Positions 1 through 10,304 of a DNA stretch of 64,000 nucleotides are shown piece by piece. This DNA is from an uncultured delta proteobacterium. Its GTDB lineage: Bacteria > Desulfobacterota > Binatia > UBA9968. The position numbers and the translations under genes were made by a program. A model generated the notes under the pieces. The model ran no database searches and had not been told where the DNA came from. It saw only the letters and a program-made list of their open reading frames with translations. The stretch's first letter is position 1. Each line of letters begins with the position of its first letter. The stretch spans positions 64,001 to 128,000 of the forward strand of contig CAWJBB010000050.1 of assembly GCA_963840855.1 (NCBI GenBank). Direction: 5' to 3'.

Positions 1-30
1 GAAAAGCACCCGGAAATAGAAATATGAAAC

Positions 31-204
31 CTACTCTTCCGCGGCAGCCGAAAGAATCTCTTCTTGTGTCGCTTTCAGCCAGTATTCAGTAGGGTCGTTT
101 TTCAATTTCACTGGCGTCAGTGCGCCTTCAACGTCGTGCGTTACACGCTCAAAATTTTGAAAATTTACTTCAATCATCCTGCCGTCGGCGTTTTCAAATT
201 TCAT
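31..204 (-). CDS. Small hypothetical protein (57 aa, MKFENADGRMIEVNF...)
   Basis: Hand-translated ATG..TAG ORF starting 3 bp after the stop of 208..837; below the ORF-track length cutoff. Confidence 0.45.
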   Translation of the reverse strand: MKFENADGRMIEVNFQNFERVTHDVEGALTPVKLKNDPTEYWLKATQEEILSAAAEE

Positions 205-207
205 ATT

Positions 208-837
208 TCACTCATCATCCGAACTCTGCCATCCTGTTGGGAGATTTCCCTCTTTCCAGAGCTGCGTTAATTCGGCTTTGGCTCTCTGCCAGTAATCAGC
301 GTCCTGCCCGTCAGGCTGCCCATCATTTTTCCAGCTGTAATAGGCTGCAATAGAAATCCATTCCTCAGGGAAATCTGGCTCGTTTTCCAGCTTGCCGGTA
401 CTCATCCTCGGTTTGTTCATCGACTCCATCGGTTTGCCCTCCTTTGCACGAGCCTTTTGTGACCTGGGCCGTCGCTTTGTTTGGTTCTTGTCGTTTTCAG
501 GTGTCATTGGTTTAGAAATAACATGTTGGATGCCTTGATGTAAGCGTTCGGTGAGATCCGCCCAGAGGTGATCGATCACTTTTTGTTGAGGCTTGGTGAT
601 CATGTCACCGGCGTCGCGTGGTTTCTCTTGCTGGAAGTTTCTCTTGACCCAGAAGCCGATCGCCTTGAAGTGGTCGATGACCTTTTTAAAATCCTCGTCG
701 GTGAAGATGTCGAGCGCCGATCCGAGCTTCCCGGTGTGCTCGATCAGTACGTAGACGTACTCCTGATCGGTGAGCTTCAGCTCGCGCTTGGCGACGTGGA
801 GGAGCTTCTTTTTTTGGCTGCTAATCATCTGATCCAC
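208..837 (-). CDS. Chimeric protein: Mu GemA/gp16-like (DUF1018) N-terminus plus DUF2934-like C-terminus
   Basis: N-term LLHVAKRELKLTDQEY...TGK.S...DFKKVIDHFKAIGF resembles GemA; C-term ISIAAYYSWKNDGQPDGQDADYWQRAKAEL resembles DUF2934. Confidence 0.6.
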   Translation of the reverse strand: MDQMISSQKKKLLHVAKRELKLTDQEYVYVLIEHTGKLGSALDIFTDEDFKKVIDHFKAIGFWVKRNFQQEKPRDAGDMITKPQQKVIDHLWADLTERLHQGIQHVISKPMTPENDKNQTKRRPRSQKARAKEGKPMESMNKPRMSTGKLENEPDFPEEWISIAAYYSWKNDGQPDGQDADYWQRAKAELTQLWKEGNLPTGWQSSDDE

Positions 838-870
838 TCATCAACTAAGTCGCCTTGTTTTCACAAAGGA

Positions 871-1122
871 ATGAGAGTATTTTGCCGCCTCATGAGTAAA
901 GAAATTACCATCTGCTTGTATAGGGCGCAGTGGGAATGCTTAGAGCCACATCTTACCGGCATCTCGTGTACAGAGTTCACTGGGTCAGGGTTTCCTCCGT
1001 ACGATTGCTGCATTATCTGCGACGAGGCGGACTATCAGAAGGTGCTCCAGGCAGCGAAGGAATATTGCCCAACCTCAGTGAATCAGATTGAAAAGCAACA
1101 TACAGACTCTTTGATGTGGTGA
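871..1122 (+). CDS. Small Cys-rich hypothetical protein
   Basis: In-frame ATGs at 871 and 892; divergent from 208..837; no recognised family. Confidence 0.3.
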   Translation: MRVFCRLMSKEITICLYRAQWECLEPHLTGISCTEFTGSGFPPYDCCIICDEADYQKVLQAAKEYCPTSVNQIEKQHTDSLMW

Positions 1123-1483
1123 ATAGTTTCGTCGATGAGAAAGGCTCCAAAAAAGACCACGAGGTTGTGGCGCAGAGGATGCCCCGATCGCTGTTTCGAC
1201 TGGGACTCGTCCTATAAAAGAGCCCTGAATAAAAAAGAGCGATTGGAGTCATATTTTTAACGCTTCTACTGGTGCTGTGTTTCGCGCTTCGAAAAGATTT
1301 CAAGAGAAAAAAGCCGTTAAACGCCATCGTTATTTTCGCCTTGGCTATGCTGGGACTATGGTGCTTCGTCGCATTTGAGAAAGCGTACCTTAGTCTCCAT
1401 AACCTGTTGATGTAGCCAAATTGTTCTCCGTTATTGCCAACCATTAACTGAATTGGTCATCTGTAAATCGCCGTGGGATCGAC

Positions 1484-1536
1484 CGACGCCTCAGAGAAAT
1501 CTCACAGGATTAGTTCGAGGGAGAAATCAGTTCAAT
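1484..1536. repeat. Palindrome A, partial copy (spacer plus right arm)
   Basis: cgacgc...aaatctcacaggatt...ggagaaatcagttcaat matches the other copies. Confidence 0.75.
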
Positions 1537-1541
1537 TGGAT

Positions 1542-1665
1542 GGTTAACGACCAAGCTCAGCGACCGCCGCCCGAAACGCCCGGTCGGCTGCAACAGTCGC
1601 TGACAAATTACCGAACCGTCCGACTGCAAAGCGGGCGGCGGTTCGCTGCAGCGTTCTTGTTATGT
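1542..1665 (-). other. Integron attC site
   Basis: Minus strand reads ACATAAC-AAGAACGCTGCAGCGAACCGCCGCCC...GGGCGGCGGTCGCTGAGCTTGGTC-GTTAACC: R''/R'-like boxes, a long imperfect stem, 16 bp after the VOC stop codon. Confidence 0.85.
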
Positions 1666-1681
1666 GACGAAACGGCCACAA

Positions 1682-2026
1682 TTAGACCTGCCACAATCCA
1701 GATTCAATGCCTCCTTGAATCAAAATGGCGAATTTACCGCGTCCTGGGATCTCAGTTGGCTGCATTGCGATTTTTGCGCCGGATTGGCCTGCGGCGGCGA
1801 CGGCTGCCTCAATATCATGGACAAGGAAGTAAGGACGCACCACCTGGGTCTCGGTATGTCGCAGTGGAGCTCGAATCCCCAGCGTTCCGCCGTTCGCCAG
1901 GTTGGCAGTGCGTGCGCCCCCTAGACTCTCATCGGCGGCGCCGAAAGAAATGCCATGAATCTTGGAGTATAGCGCAACAGACGCGTCAACATCCGGTGTC
2001 ACTATTTCGAGGTAATGAATTTGCAT
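1682..2026 (-). CDS. VOC/glyoxalase-like protein (integron cassette gene)
   Basis: MQIHYLEIVTPDVDA...VVRPYFLVHDIEAAVAAA...PTEIPGRGKFA; RBS gaaaggga; attC downstream. Confidence 0.85.
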   Translation of the reverse strand: MQIHYLEIVTPDVDASVALYSKIHGISFGAADESLGGARTANLANGGTLGIRAPLRHTETQVVRPYFLVHDIEAAVAAAGQSGAKIAMQPTEIPGRGKFAILIQGGIESGLWQV

Positions 2027-2357
2027 TGTATTCCCTTTCTCAGTGTTCGTGTCCTCAACCGCCAATTGGTCGCCAGACAATTCGTTCGTACTTTCCGCCC
2101 AGACTATCATGATTTGGCGAACAACCAATGTGTAGGATGGCTGTCCACGGCATTGCAATAAAGGCAATACCAGCATGGAGAAGATTACGCCGATTGATCC
2201 TCTGCATAGTCCTTCGTCACATAACCAGTGCGTATACTGACCCATGTATTACCGATTCGAAGAATCACGGCTCCGTCAATCATTTTTCGTTCTCGTTCAT
2301 CCCAATATACCTGGTCAGCATATTACCAATATAGCTGCGAGCCGCAGCCGCAAGATG

Positions 2358-2429
2358 CAGGATTGAACTGATCGACGCAACGGACAAATCTCACAGGATT
2401 TGTTAGATGGAGAATTCAGTTCAATCCTG
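2358..2429. repeat. Palindrome A, full copy
   Basis: Perfect 14-bp inverted repeat caggattgaactga/tcagttcaatcctg; inner acaaatc-tcacag-gatttgt. Confidence 0.9.
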
Positions 2430-2453
2430 GCAGCGCAGCTTGGTTTTCTTTCA

Positions 2454-3419
2454 TCACCTGATCAGCTTATTCGCTCGCGCGAGCACGTCCGGCGGAATTG
2501 TCAGACCAATCTGCTTTGCGGTCTTGAGATTGATGACAAACTCGAACTTGGTTGGCTGCTCGACAGGGAGGTCGGCAGGCTTGGCTCCCTTGAGGATTCT
2601 ATCTACGAAATATGCGACGCGCCGGTGCAGATCGAGAAAGTCCCCGCTATAACTCATCAGCCCGCCATCGACAACGAATGGTGAATTGGGGTAGATAGCC
2701 GGTAGCCGCGTTTTAGCCGCCTGACTAGCGACCCGCATCCGTTGACCGTTCATCCAACCGCCCCCCGATATGATGAGCGCCTCGGTTTCGTTGGCCGCGG
2801 CTCGAAAGGACTTCTCCAGATCATCCGGCCCTTTCATTTCGATTGTTTTAAGCTGCAGGCGGAGCGCGCGCGCTGGGGCCTCGATCTCCCGGACGTTGGC
2901 CTTACCACTTAGACCAGTCCAGAGATGGCCAACCCGGGAGACTTTCGGAAAGGCTTCCTTCAAGAGCTCCAGCCGTTTTCCCGCGAGCCCCGCGCCGAGG
3001 CCAGTGTAACCCGTGATATTGCCCCCAGGCCGAGCAAGACTTTCTATGAGTCCCATCTCCACGGGATCGTCAGCTACGTTCATCACGATGGGGATCGTGC
3101 TGGTTACCTGTTTCGCCGCTCGAATTGCCGGAATCCCGGTGGTCACGATGCAGTCGACCTTCAGCCGGACCAATTCAGCGGCAAGGCCGGGAAACTGACT
3201 CGTGTCGCCGCCTTTCGTAAAGCGCCATTCGATGAGAATGTTTTGACCTTCGACATATCCGAGCGCGCGAAGACTCTCTCGGAATGGCTCAACGGCGGGC
3301 GATGCTGCCGGCGCGAGGTAACCAACGCGGTAAAGTTTCTTCGCCTGCTGCGCCTCTGCGGGAAGGCACAGCGCAAAGAACATGGCGCAAAGCGCAAGAC
3401 GGATAACGTTCTTTCTCAT
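2454..3419 (-). CDS. ABC-type substrate-binding protein (ABC_sub_bind-like)
   Basis: Signal peptide ending AEAQQ; SLARPGGNITG; KRLELLKE; [35 protein letters not shown]. Confidence 0.93.
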   Translation of the reverse strand: MRKNVIRLALCAMFFALCLPAEAQQAKKLYRVGYLAPAASPAVEPFRESLRALGYVEGQNILIEWRFTKGGDTSQFPGLAAELVRLKVDCIVTTGIPAIRAAKQVTSTIPIVMNVADDPVEMGLIESLARPGGNITGYTGLGAGLAGKRLELLKEAFPKVSRVGHLWTGLSGKANVREIEAPARALRLQLKTIEMKGPDDLEKSFRAAANETEALIISGGGWMNGQRMRVASQAAKTRLPAIYPNSPFVVDGGLMSYSGDFLDLHRRVAYFVDRILKGAKPADLPVEQPTKFEFVINLKTAKQIGLTIPPDVLARANKLIR

Positions 3420-3471
3420 GAGTTTTCTTCGGAGTTTTTGCTGCTCACTGCTTTCTGCTCACTGCTCACTG

Positions 3472-4470
3472 TCATTTAATGACCTTGTCCGCCCGATACA
3501 GCATCGACTGCGGAATCGTCAGGCCAATCTGCTTCGCGGTCTTTAGGTTGATCATCAACTCGAACTTCGTCGGCTGCTGCACCGGCAGGTCGGCGGGCCT
3601 GGCCCCCTTCAGGATTTTGTCCACGTACCAGGCGACGCGCCGGTAGCTGTCGCCGAGGTCCGCCCCGTAGTACATGAGCCCGCCGGCATCTACAGCTTCT
3701 CTTATGGCGTACACCGACGCTAACCGGCTCTTTAACGCAAAGCCCGCGATCCGTTTTTGGCTATTATTGATTAGCGGGCCGCCGGCGGGCACGTAGAGTC
3801 CATCCGGGCGCTCCTTGTTTAGCGCAGCGAATACCCGCTCGAAACCGTCCGCATCTCGTACCTCCCAAGGCTGAATAGCTAACCGCAGCGCACGCGCTGC
3901 GACTGGGAGAACCTCTTTCACCTCGACTACAACTTGCGAATTGGCCGGATCGTAGAGAACCGCGACACGGGCAACTTTGGGAACCGCTTCTTTGAGCAGC
4001 TCCAGCCGTTTCCCGCCTAGTTCTCTGGAAAGGTTTGTAAGGCCGGTGACGTTGCCGCCGGGACGGGCGAGGCTTTCAATTAAGCCTAGCTTGACAGGAT
4101 CGGACCCCTGACCCACCATGACGATGGGAATTGTCTTGGTCGCATTCTTGGCCGCCTGGATCACCGAGCGCCCTCCTGCTGCCACGATGATATCAACCTT
4201 GAGACGCACTAGCTCGGCTGCAAACTCAGGGAGCCGATCGACCTTCCCCTCCGTATATCGGTACTCGCTGGCGATGTTCTGTCCTTCTATGTAGCCAAGC
4301 TCGCGCAGAGCCAGCCGAATTGCCTCGGAACGGGTGGACTCAGTAGCTGGGTCGAGCTGCGATAGATACCCTATCCGGGTGACTTTCTTCGACTGCTGCG
4401 CCTCGGCTATCACTCCAAGAGCCAGTAGGATCACTACGGACAGGATTGCCAAGACACCAGATTTTTTCAT
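3472..4470 (-). CDS. ABC-type substrate-binding protein
   Basis: Same family motifs; start placed at MKKSG by comparison with paralogs. Confidence 0.93.
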   Translation of the reverse strand: MKKSGVLAILSVVILLALGVIAEAQQSKKVTRIGYLSQLDPATESTRSEAIRLALRELGYIEGQNIASEYRYTEGKVDRLPEFAAELVRLKVDIIVAAGGRSVIQAAKNATKTIPIVMVGQGSDPVKLGLIESLARPGGNVTGLTNLSRELGGKRLELLKEAVPKVARVAVLYDPANSQVVVEVKEVLPVAARALRLAIQPWEVRDADGFERVFAALNKERPDGLYVPAGGPLINNSQKRIAGFALKSRLASVYAIREAVDAGGLMYYGADLGDSYRRVAWYVDKILKGARPADLPVQQPTKFELMINLKTAKQIGLTIPQSMLYRADKVIK

Positions 4471-4574
4471 TGCAGACGTCATTTGCGTATTACGCGGAAG
4501 GTAGCAGAGAAAAGTGACATTTACGACAGAAGGCGAAAGATATCCGTCGAGTGGAAAAACCAGATTTTTAGCCT

Positions 4575-4594
4575 GAGATTGAACTGAACAACGC
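4575..4594. repeat. Palindrome A, left arm only
   Basis: gagattgaactgaacaacgc, following the conserved SBP leader. Confidence 0.8.
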
Positions 4595-4628
4595 TTCGTT
4601 CCAAACCCGCACGCAGGGCGAACCTGCC

Positions 4629-4811
4629 TCAGTGCGGGACTGGATTCAGCAATTTCTGGTAGGTTGCTCTTTCTTTGGAAATCTTCTGCAAGAACTCTTG
4701 TTGCGTGATAATGCCCTTTTCGATTAACAGCTTTGCAAGTGCATCGCTTTGGGCGAGGCTTGAAACCAGAAGCTCTTGAACTGTAACCGGTACCTTATCT
4801 ACGTTCGCCAT
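4629..4811 (-). CDS. Small hypothetical protein
   Basis: 60 aa, helical (DALAKLLIEKGIITQQEFLQKI); RBS ggag. Confidence 0.65.
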   Translation of the reverse strand: MANVDKVPVTVQELLVSSLAQSDALAKLLIEKGIITQQEFLQKISKERATYQKLLNPVPH

Positions 4812-4924
4812 TGTCTCTCCTTATGGATTAATCCGCCCACAGCCCACGGCGTTGCTCTCGCAACTGTGCAAGCAGCCCACACGGAGTTAGGTTTAATGGG
4901 CCAGGGACTTTGCACAAGCAGCCA

Positions 4925-5334
4925 TTTAACGGCTGTGGACCGGAAGGTGGAAAAAATACCAGAACAGCATTGCTGGAGTCGATTTTGAGGACTGTTGCCG
5001 TAACCACGACGACGACTTCGGGAATTGCGCGATGAGCCAGGACACGGCAGGATGGCGCTGGTACGAGTGCATGACTAACAAATGCGGTGATGCCTCGAAC
5101 TGGCCTTTGTATCTCGCTTCTATAGCTGCGGCCAATGCTAGTAAATGGCTACTTACGGAAACGCAAACATCATGGGACGCTTACAAAAAGTCACAGGATG
5201 AGTCTTGCTGGTGCTCTCCCTGTGGATGGCGGTTTAACTGTTTCTATGGTGGCACTGTTCCTAGTGGTCCGCCGATTCAACAGCCACCTTACGACCCTGG
5301 ATTCCCACCTCCAGGAGATTTTGGAGGGTTATGA
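4925..5334 (+). pseudogene. Orphan toxin C-terminal remnant, phospholipase A2-like
   Basis: FNGCGP, then a frameshift near the A-run at 4951-4956, then SIAGVDFEDCCRNHDDDFGNC...YECMTNKC; resembles the PLA2 NGCG...CCxxHD pattern. Confidence 0.5.
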
Positions 5335-5693
5335 AAACTTTAATCATCATCATCGCTGCATTGGCTATCGGCTGGTTTGCAGCTATGGAGGTGCTTGGGA
5401 TTTTTTGGTTCTGGAATGTCGCAAAGCCCGTTCATACCATTTTAGCAGCGATCGTTGTAATTCTGGGATCCTTTGGGCTCACCCTCGTCGATCCTTATCA
5501 TCGATGGTGGGCGGTAGCGATCGCCATGACCCTCCCGGTTTTATTCGTTGGGTTTTGGTTGTTTCTCTATCTTCCGGGTAAAATCTCGTTTTCTGATTGG
5601 GCCATACCCAGCGGCGGGACTTTCGTCGTGGCAGGGATATCGAGCTGGCTAGCGCAATTAAGTCACCGAAGATGGTGGCGCGACCATGGCTAG
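5331..5693 (+). CDS. Membrane protein with ~4 TM segments, putative immunity protein
   Basis: Hydrophobic segments; ATGA overlap with the upstream toxin-like ORF. Confidence 0.6.
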   Translation: MKTLIIIIAALAIGWFAAMEVLGIFWFWNVAKPVHTILAAIVVILGSFGLTLVDPYHRWWAVAIAMTLPVLFVGFWLFLYLPGKISFSDWAIPSGGTFVVAGISSWLAQLSHRRWWRDHG

Positions 5694-6097
5694 TTTTAGG
5701 CGAAATAATTTCCATGGAACTTTTGGGCGTTGACGCGGCTGGCATCGGTTGCTAATCGCCCGCTAGCAAATTGGCGACGCCGTCTTATATCACCAAAAAT
5801 TGCATTGGGGTGGGGTGTTAGACGGATATCCAACTTGGTGGGAGCCGCGGCGCCACGCTTCATTCACTCCCTCTCATTCTTCTCAAGCCTCGTCGAGTCG
5901 GTAATTCTAAGTCGCGGTTTCTTCTTCCAGACTGGCCTAAGCTCTAAGGGAAATAGAAGCTCAAACCCAGTCTATCCCTGATAGATTCACCCGAGGCTAC
6001 TTGTCAAGATTCGCCTCGCTCTGCAGGGACAAACAACTGGGCGGCTGGCCCTCTTTTCGCCGCGCAGTGAGGCGTGGGACACAAAGAGGACCAATTT

Positions 6098-7699
6098 ATG
6101 AAAAAGCTAGTTATTGTGGTGACCTTCGTTGTTTTTCTGGTCCGAGGTACACTTAGCGCGGTCTATGCGGCTCAATTTTTCTGCCCTGCAGGCAATGTGA
6201 CTTGTCTTATAGCCGCGATAACCCAAGCGAACGCAACGCCAGGAGAGCATATCATTACTCTCGCGCCGGGAACCTACACCCTTCAGGCAGTAAATAACGT
6301 GACTGATGGCCTAAATGGACTCCCATCGATTACAAGTTCGATTCTAATACAGGCGTCCTCGGAGAATCCTCCCACTATAATTGAGCGAGATCCAGCCGCG
6401 CCGCTGTTCCGTATTTTTCATGTCTCTGCTGGCGGCGAGTTGAGTTTGGAAAGCGTGACACTTCAAAATGGCGATTCAACGAATGGCGGATCCGCAATAC
6501 GTAACCGTGGTGTAACGTGGATTCGGAATAGCATTATCAGGAATTCGGGCAGGTCCGACGGCGAATTCGGAGCGATATACAATAGCGGTGAGTTAACCGT
6601 GAGTAGAAGCATCATCACTGAGAATCGAGCAGGGCATCAAGGCGGAGGGATAAATAATCAGCCTGAAGGAAATGTTTTTGTGGAGTATAGCACAATTTCC
6701 AACAACATAGTTGATGGTGGTGGGGGTATTTTTAACACTGGCACTCTCGTCGTGAGAAATAGTGCTATCGTTTTTAATGGCGGCGCTGCTAGTGGAGGCG
6801 GGGGTATTGTTAATGTAGGTTTCGGTTTTGTAGAGATCGTTAACAGTACCATCGCACAAAATCAAACTTCAGACGTAGGAGCGGGTGTATTCAACGGCGA
6901 CGACGGCCACGTTTCTATTATCAATAGCACTATTCGGGAGAACTTTGACATTGGCGGTAGTATTTTTAATGACCTCGGAAGCAGCATACTAGTTCAAAAC
7001 ACAATCATTGCAGGAAATACAAGCCCGGACTGTTTGGGCGTCATTTGGAGTCTTGGCAATAACTTAATTGGCGACCCGAGCGGCTGCACCATAAACCTTC
7101 AGCCCAGCGATCTCACGGGAGATCCGGGTCTCGGCGCGTTGGTAGGGGCTGGACAAGGCGACCCGGCAGGAAGGGCCTTTTATCCGGTATTGGCCGGGAG
7201 CCCAGTTATCGACGCGGCAAGTCCAGCCGCCTGTCCACAGATTGATCAACTGGGGAATCTCCGTCAGAACACCTGTGATATTGGTGCCATTGAGTTTCAA
7301 GGGAAAATGCTCGTTGCGATTGATGTTAAACCACGCAGCGAAGCTAATAAGATCAACCCGAAGAGCAAGAACAGTATCAATGTGGCAATTCTCAGCGTTG
7401 ACGGTTTTGACGCGACCACCGTGGATCCAAAGACCGTGCGTTTCGGCGCAACGGGGACAGAAGCATCTCCTATCCGCGTTGTGAAAAGGGATCCAGACCA
7501 CGACGATGACCGTGATCTGGTTCTGCGCTTTGAAATCCGAGATACGGAAATTGAGTGCGGGGATACTTCGGCTACTTTAACCGGCCAAACTTTTGATGGG
7601 ATACCAATTATCGGTTCAAGTCCAATTCAAACGGTAAGCTGCAAAAAACATAAAGGACCCCATCATGATTTCAACAGTAAAAGACGACACGAAAGGTGA
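6098..7699 (+). CDS. Secreted beta-helix (pectin-lyase-fold) protein with choice-of-anchor Q-like region
   Basis: Signal peptide; GGGIxN repeats with NSTI; DQLGNLRQNTCDIGAIEFQ; C-terminal IDVKP...INVAILS...DATTVDPKTVRFG domain. Confidence 0.85.
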   Translation: MKKLVIVVTFVVFLVRGTLSAVYAAQFFCPAGNVTCLIAAITQANATPGEHIITLAPGTYTLQAVNNVTDGLNGLPSITSSILIQASSENPPTIIERDPAAPLFRIFHVSAGGELSLESVTLQNGDSTNGGSAIRNRGVTWIRNSIIRNSGRSDGEFGAIYNSGELTVSRSIITENRAGHQGGGINNQPEGNVFVEYSTISNNIVDGGGGIFNTGTLVVRNSAIVFNGGAASGGGGIVNVGFGFVEIVNSTIAQNQTSDVGAGVFNGDDGHVSIINSTIRENFDIGGSIFNDLGSSILVQNTIIAGNTSPDCLGVIWSLGNNLIGDPSGCTINLQPSDLTGDPGLGALVGAGQGDPAGRAFYPVLAGSPVIDAASPAACPQIDQLGNLRQNTCDIGAIEFQGKMLVAIDVKPRSEANKINPKSKNSINVAILSVDGFDATTVDPKTVRFGATGTEASPIRVVKRDPDHDDDRDLVLRFEIRDTEIECGDTSATLTGQTFDGIPIIGSSPIQTVSCKKHKGPHHDFNSKRRHER

Positions 7700-8019
7700 A
7701 AGTGGAAGAGAAGATTGAAAGCCGAATTGAGGGAAAAAGCGCAATCAAAACTCAAGTCAGCCTAAAGACGCGTTGAATGCGAAAATCACACCGCGAAGCA
7801 TTGGTTAAACATCAACGAAACGCGAAGGTTTATTGCTCCCGGTTTGATCGGTGTTGAGCAGACAACGAAAAGGTTAGTCAAATCCCTGCTTGTATCAACA
7901 GCTTTTTATACGTTTAACAACGTATTTTGTATATCGTGCATTGGTCCGTAAATTGAAGCAGGACACCATTTTCTTAGGTCCGGGCTCATACCATGTTACC
8001 CCCTGCACCCGCTTCCTGC

Positions 8020-8226
8020 TTACCTGCCCAGCAACCTTTCTCTCCGCTGGTTGTATTCTCGCTCCGAGATGAGCCCCCTCTCATAGTCGGACTTGAGACC
8101 CTGGAGTTGTTCTCCCGTGGTCGGCGTTGTTGCCGGTGCGTCCGTTACAGTCCTTTCACCGCTTGAGATGGATATGCAACCAGACAGGAATACCGCGCCC
8201 CACATTAGAAATATTTCCTTTCTCAT
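8020..8226 (-). CDS. SHOCT-domain lipoprotein
   Basis: Lipobox LSGC; LQGLKSDYERGLISEREYNQRRERLL. Confidence 0.75.
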   Translation of the reverse strand: MRKEIFLMWGAVFLSGCISISSGERTVTDAPATTPTTGEQLQGLKSDYERGLISEREYNQRRERLLGR

Positions 8227-8257
8227 CGACAAAGCCTCCCCGCGTTTTTCTGAATTT

Positions 8258-8473
8258 TTATCTACCCAGTAGTCTGTCTCGTTGTTGATTATATTCTCGC
8301 TCCGAGATAATGCCTCTATCGTAGGCCGCCCTAAGGTCCTGAAGTTCCCGCTCCGTCGTCGCTGGCCGCTCTCGGACAACAGTCTCATCTCCTCCTCTAA
8401 ACGAGAAACAACCGGATAAGATCGCCGCTAATATTGACGCGCCTGCTAAATTACCTATTCTTGTACTTTTCAT
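8258..8473 (-). CDS. SHOCT-domain lipoprotein (tandem paralog)
   Basis: Lipobox LSGC; LQDLRAAYDRGIISEREYNQQRDRLL. Confidence 0.8.
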   Translation of the reverse strand: MKSTRIGNLAGASILAAILSGCFSFRGGDETVVRERPATTERELQDLRAAYDRGIISEREYNQQRDRLLGR

Positions 8474-9200
8474 TGAAGATCTTCCCTTCGCTTGTTTGAT
8501 TCAAAGTCTTTGCCTACCGTCGTTATCTTTAGAGCACGCACTGCAGCCTCGAAGTCTTTAAGCCCGCGGGTGTAGAGTTCGCATCCAAGAAAATTAAACG
8601 ACGATCATGTACAGCCGCGCACCAAAAGAGAAGAAGCAAAATCTCCGAAATCCAATCCTATTAAGGGCACCCGAAAGCAAATATTGATTGCTCAGACGCC
8701 CCTATGTTCGCCTTAACCCGACCTCGATTAGTAGAAGCAAACCCCATACCAATCCGACCATCGTTCTTCTTTTTGTCTTCATGTAGGAAACCCCTTCCAC
8801 TATGTAGGCGACGAGCTTTTCGGAAACGTCCCAGCTACGAGACACCGCGGTCATCGGACAATGCAAAGATGGGACGGAATTCTCTTAGGTTTGTGCAATG
8901 CGTCGTTGAATTTATCATCACGCCATACTGCACTTGACGGCTTTAAAACTGAGGTCTAGGTGGCGGTACTGGCGGAGGTGCACTAGATCACTGGGGCAGG
9001 ATAGACGCGCTCCCGTCTGTAGCGGGTAACCGCGCGATGACTCAATCCCTTTGTCGGATGAGACGCTGACCGAGCAGCTTCGAAAATCACTCGAACAAGC
9101 GCGAGCAGGAACCTGGTCAGTCGGTGACCGCAGGGACATGCCGAAAAATCAAAATATAATTCAGCCGTGAGGGCGGACGGAAGATTCGTGCCGCAGCTCT

Positions 9201-10190
9201 TTACCTTTCCACCTCCCGCACAACCTCACGCGGGTCTTTGTCTTCTCGCAAGCCGACGAAACTAGCGTTCCGTAGATGCGCGTCCGGCGTCCACTCGGCA
9301 AACTCGATCTGCGCGACCACCTCGGGCCTTACCCATGTGCAGTTTTTCATCTCTTCTTTTGTCAAAGCCCACTGGGTGCGCTTTCGTTCTGGCAGATTCG
9401 CAAATGGACAGCTGGCGATTTTTAGTCCCCCGAGCCTGGCTGCTACCGCACGTCGGGTGTGCGGAACAAAGCCGTTTCGCCCCTTGCCCGCGTACAACAG
9501 TGTGCCGTCTTGATAGTACCCGACGATGATGGAATCTATGGGGTTTCCCGAAACATATCCGCCGATCACTAACTCTTGGCCTCGGTTGATGCGATACTTG
9601 AGCCACGCACCGCTTCGTTTGCCGGATTCATAATACGAGTCCCTCAGCTTGGCGAGGATTCCCTCGAAGCCTAACTGTTTTGCGACGCGCACCAACTCGG
9701 TCGGCGTGGCATCAATCGTTTCTGACAGCTTTATGGGGAAATCTTTGCTACGGACTTTTTCAAATATTTCACCAAGGACCTTCCGCCGCTCTTTAAGCGG
9801 TACGTTCAAGAGGCTCTTGCCCCGGCAGATTAGAACGTCGAAGGCGTAAAAGAGCAGCGCCTGTGCTTTTGAACGATGATGCTGAAGAAGATTGAATGAG
9901 ACCCGACCACTTTCATCGACGGCCACAATTTCGCCATCGAGAAGCGTATCGGCTGGGAGCCGTTCGCAAGCGCGGGCAATATGCGGGAACTGGGCGGTAA
10001 AGAGATTTCCTCGCCGTGACCAAAGCGTTACGCCATCGTTGCGTTTTCCAGCAAGGCACCGGTAGCCGTCGAACTTTACCTCGTAGAGCCAGTCCTTGCC
10101 GGCGGGAAGCTGTCGCAGCGCAAGCGCATACATCGGCTCGATGAAGCGGACGGCGGCTTCCGGCTGGCTGCTACGTTTGACTCTTCGCAT
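9201..10190 (-). CDS. ligD: ATP-dependent DNA ligase (stand-alone LigD/LigC-type ligase domain)
   Basis: YEVKFDGYR adenylation motif, LDGEIV, FDVL, EGILAK, WLKY; OB-fold QIEFAEWT...LREDKDP. Confidence 0.9.
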   Translation of the reverse strand: MRRVKRSSQPEAAVRFIEPMYALALRQLPAGKDWLYEVKFDGYRCLAGKRNDGVTLWSRRGNLFTAQFPHIARACERLPADTLLDGEIVAVDESGRVSFNLLQHHRSKAQALLFYAFDVLICRGKSLLNVPLKERRKVLGEIFEKVRSKDFPIKLSETIDATPTELVRVAKQLGFEGILAKLRDSYYESGKRSGAWLKYRINRGQELVIGGYVSGNPIDSIIVGYYQDGTLLYAGKGRNGFVPHTRRAVAARLGGLKIASCPFANLPERKRTQWALTKEEMKNCTWVRPEVVAQIEFAEWTPDAHLRNASFVGLREDKDPREVVREVER

Positions 10191-10304
10191 TCATGCGCCG
10201 ACAGTCGGGCGCGCCTGGTAACGAATTACCGACCCATTGCGGCCCGCCTGGTAAACGGTGATTCAATCCGCGAATTTGGCTGACGGGATCGATTTTAGCT
10301 CGTC

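Noticed and set aside
2380-2410. Inner part of palindrome A as a XerC/D dif (pdif) site
   Set aside because: atttgttagat partly resembles a XerD arm, but the XerC arm match is poor and several copies lose this part; kept only as a weak alternative.
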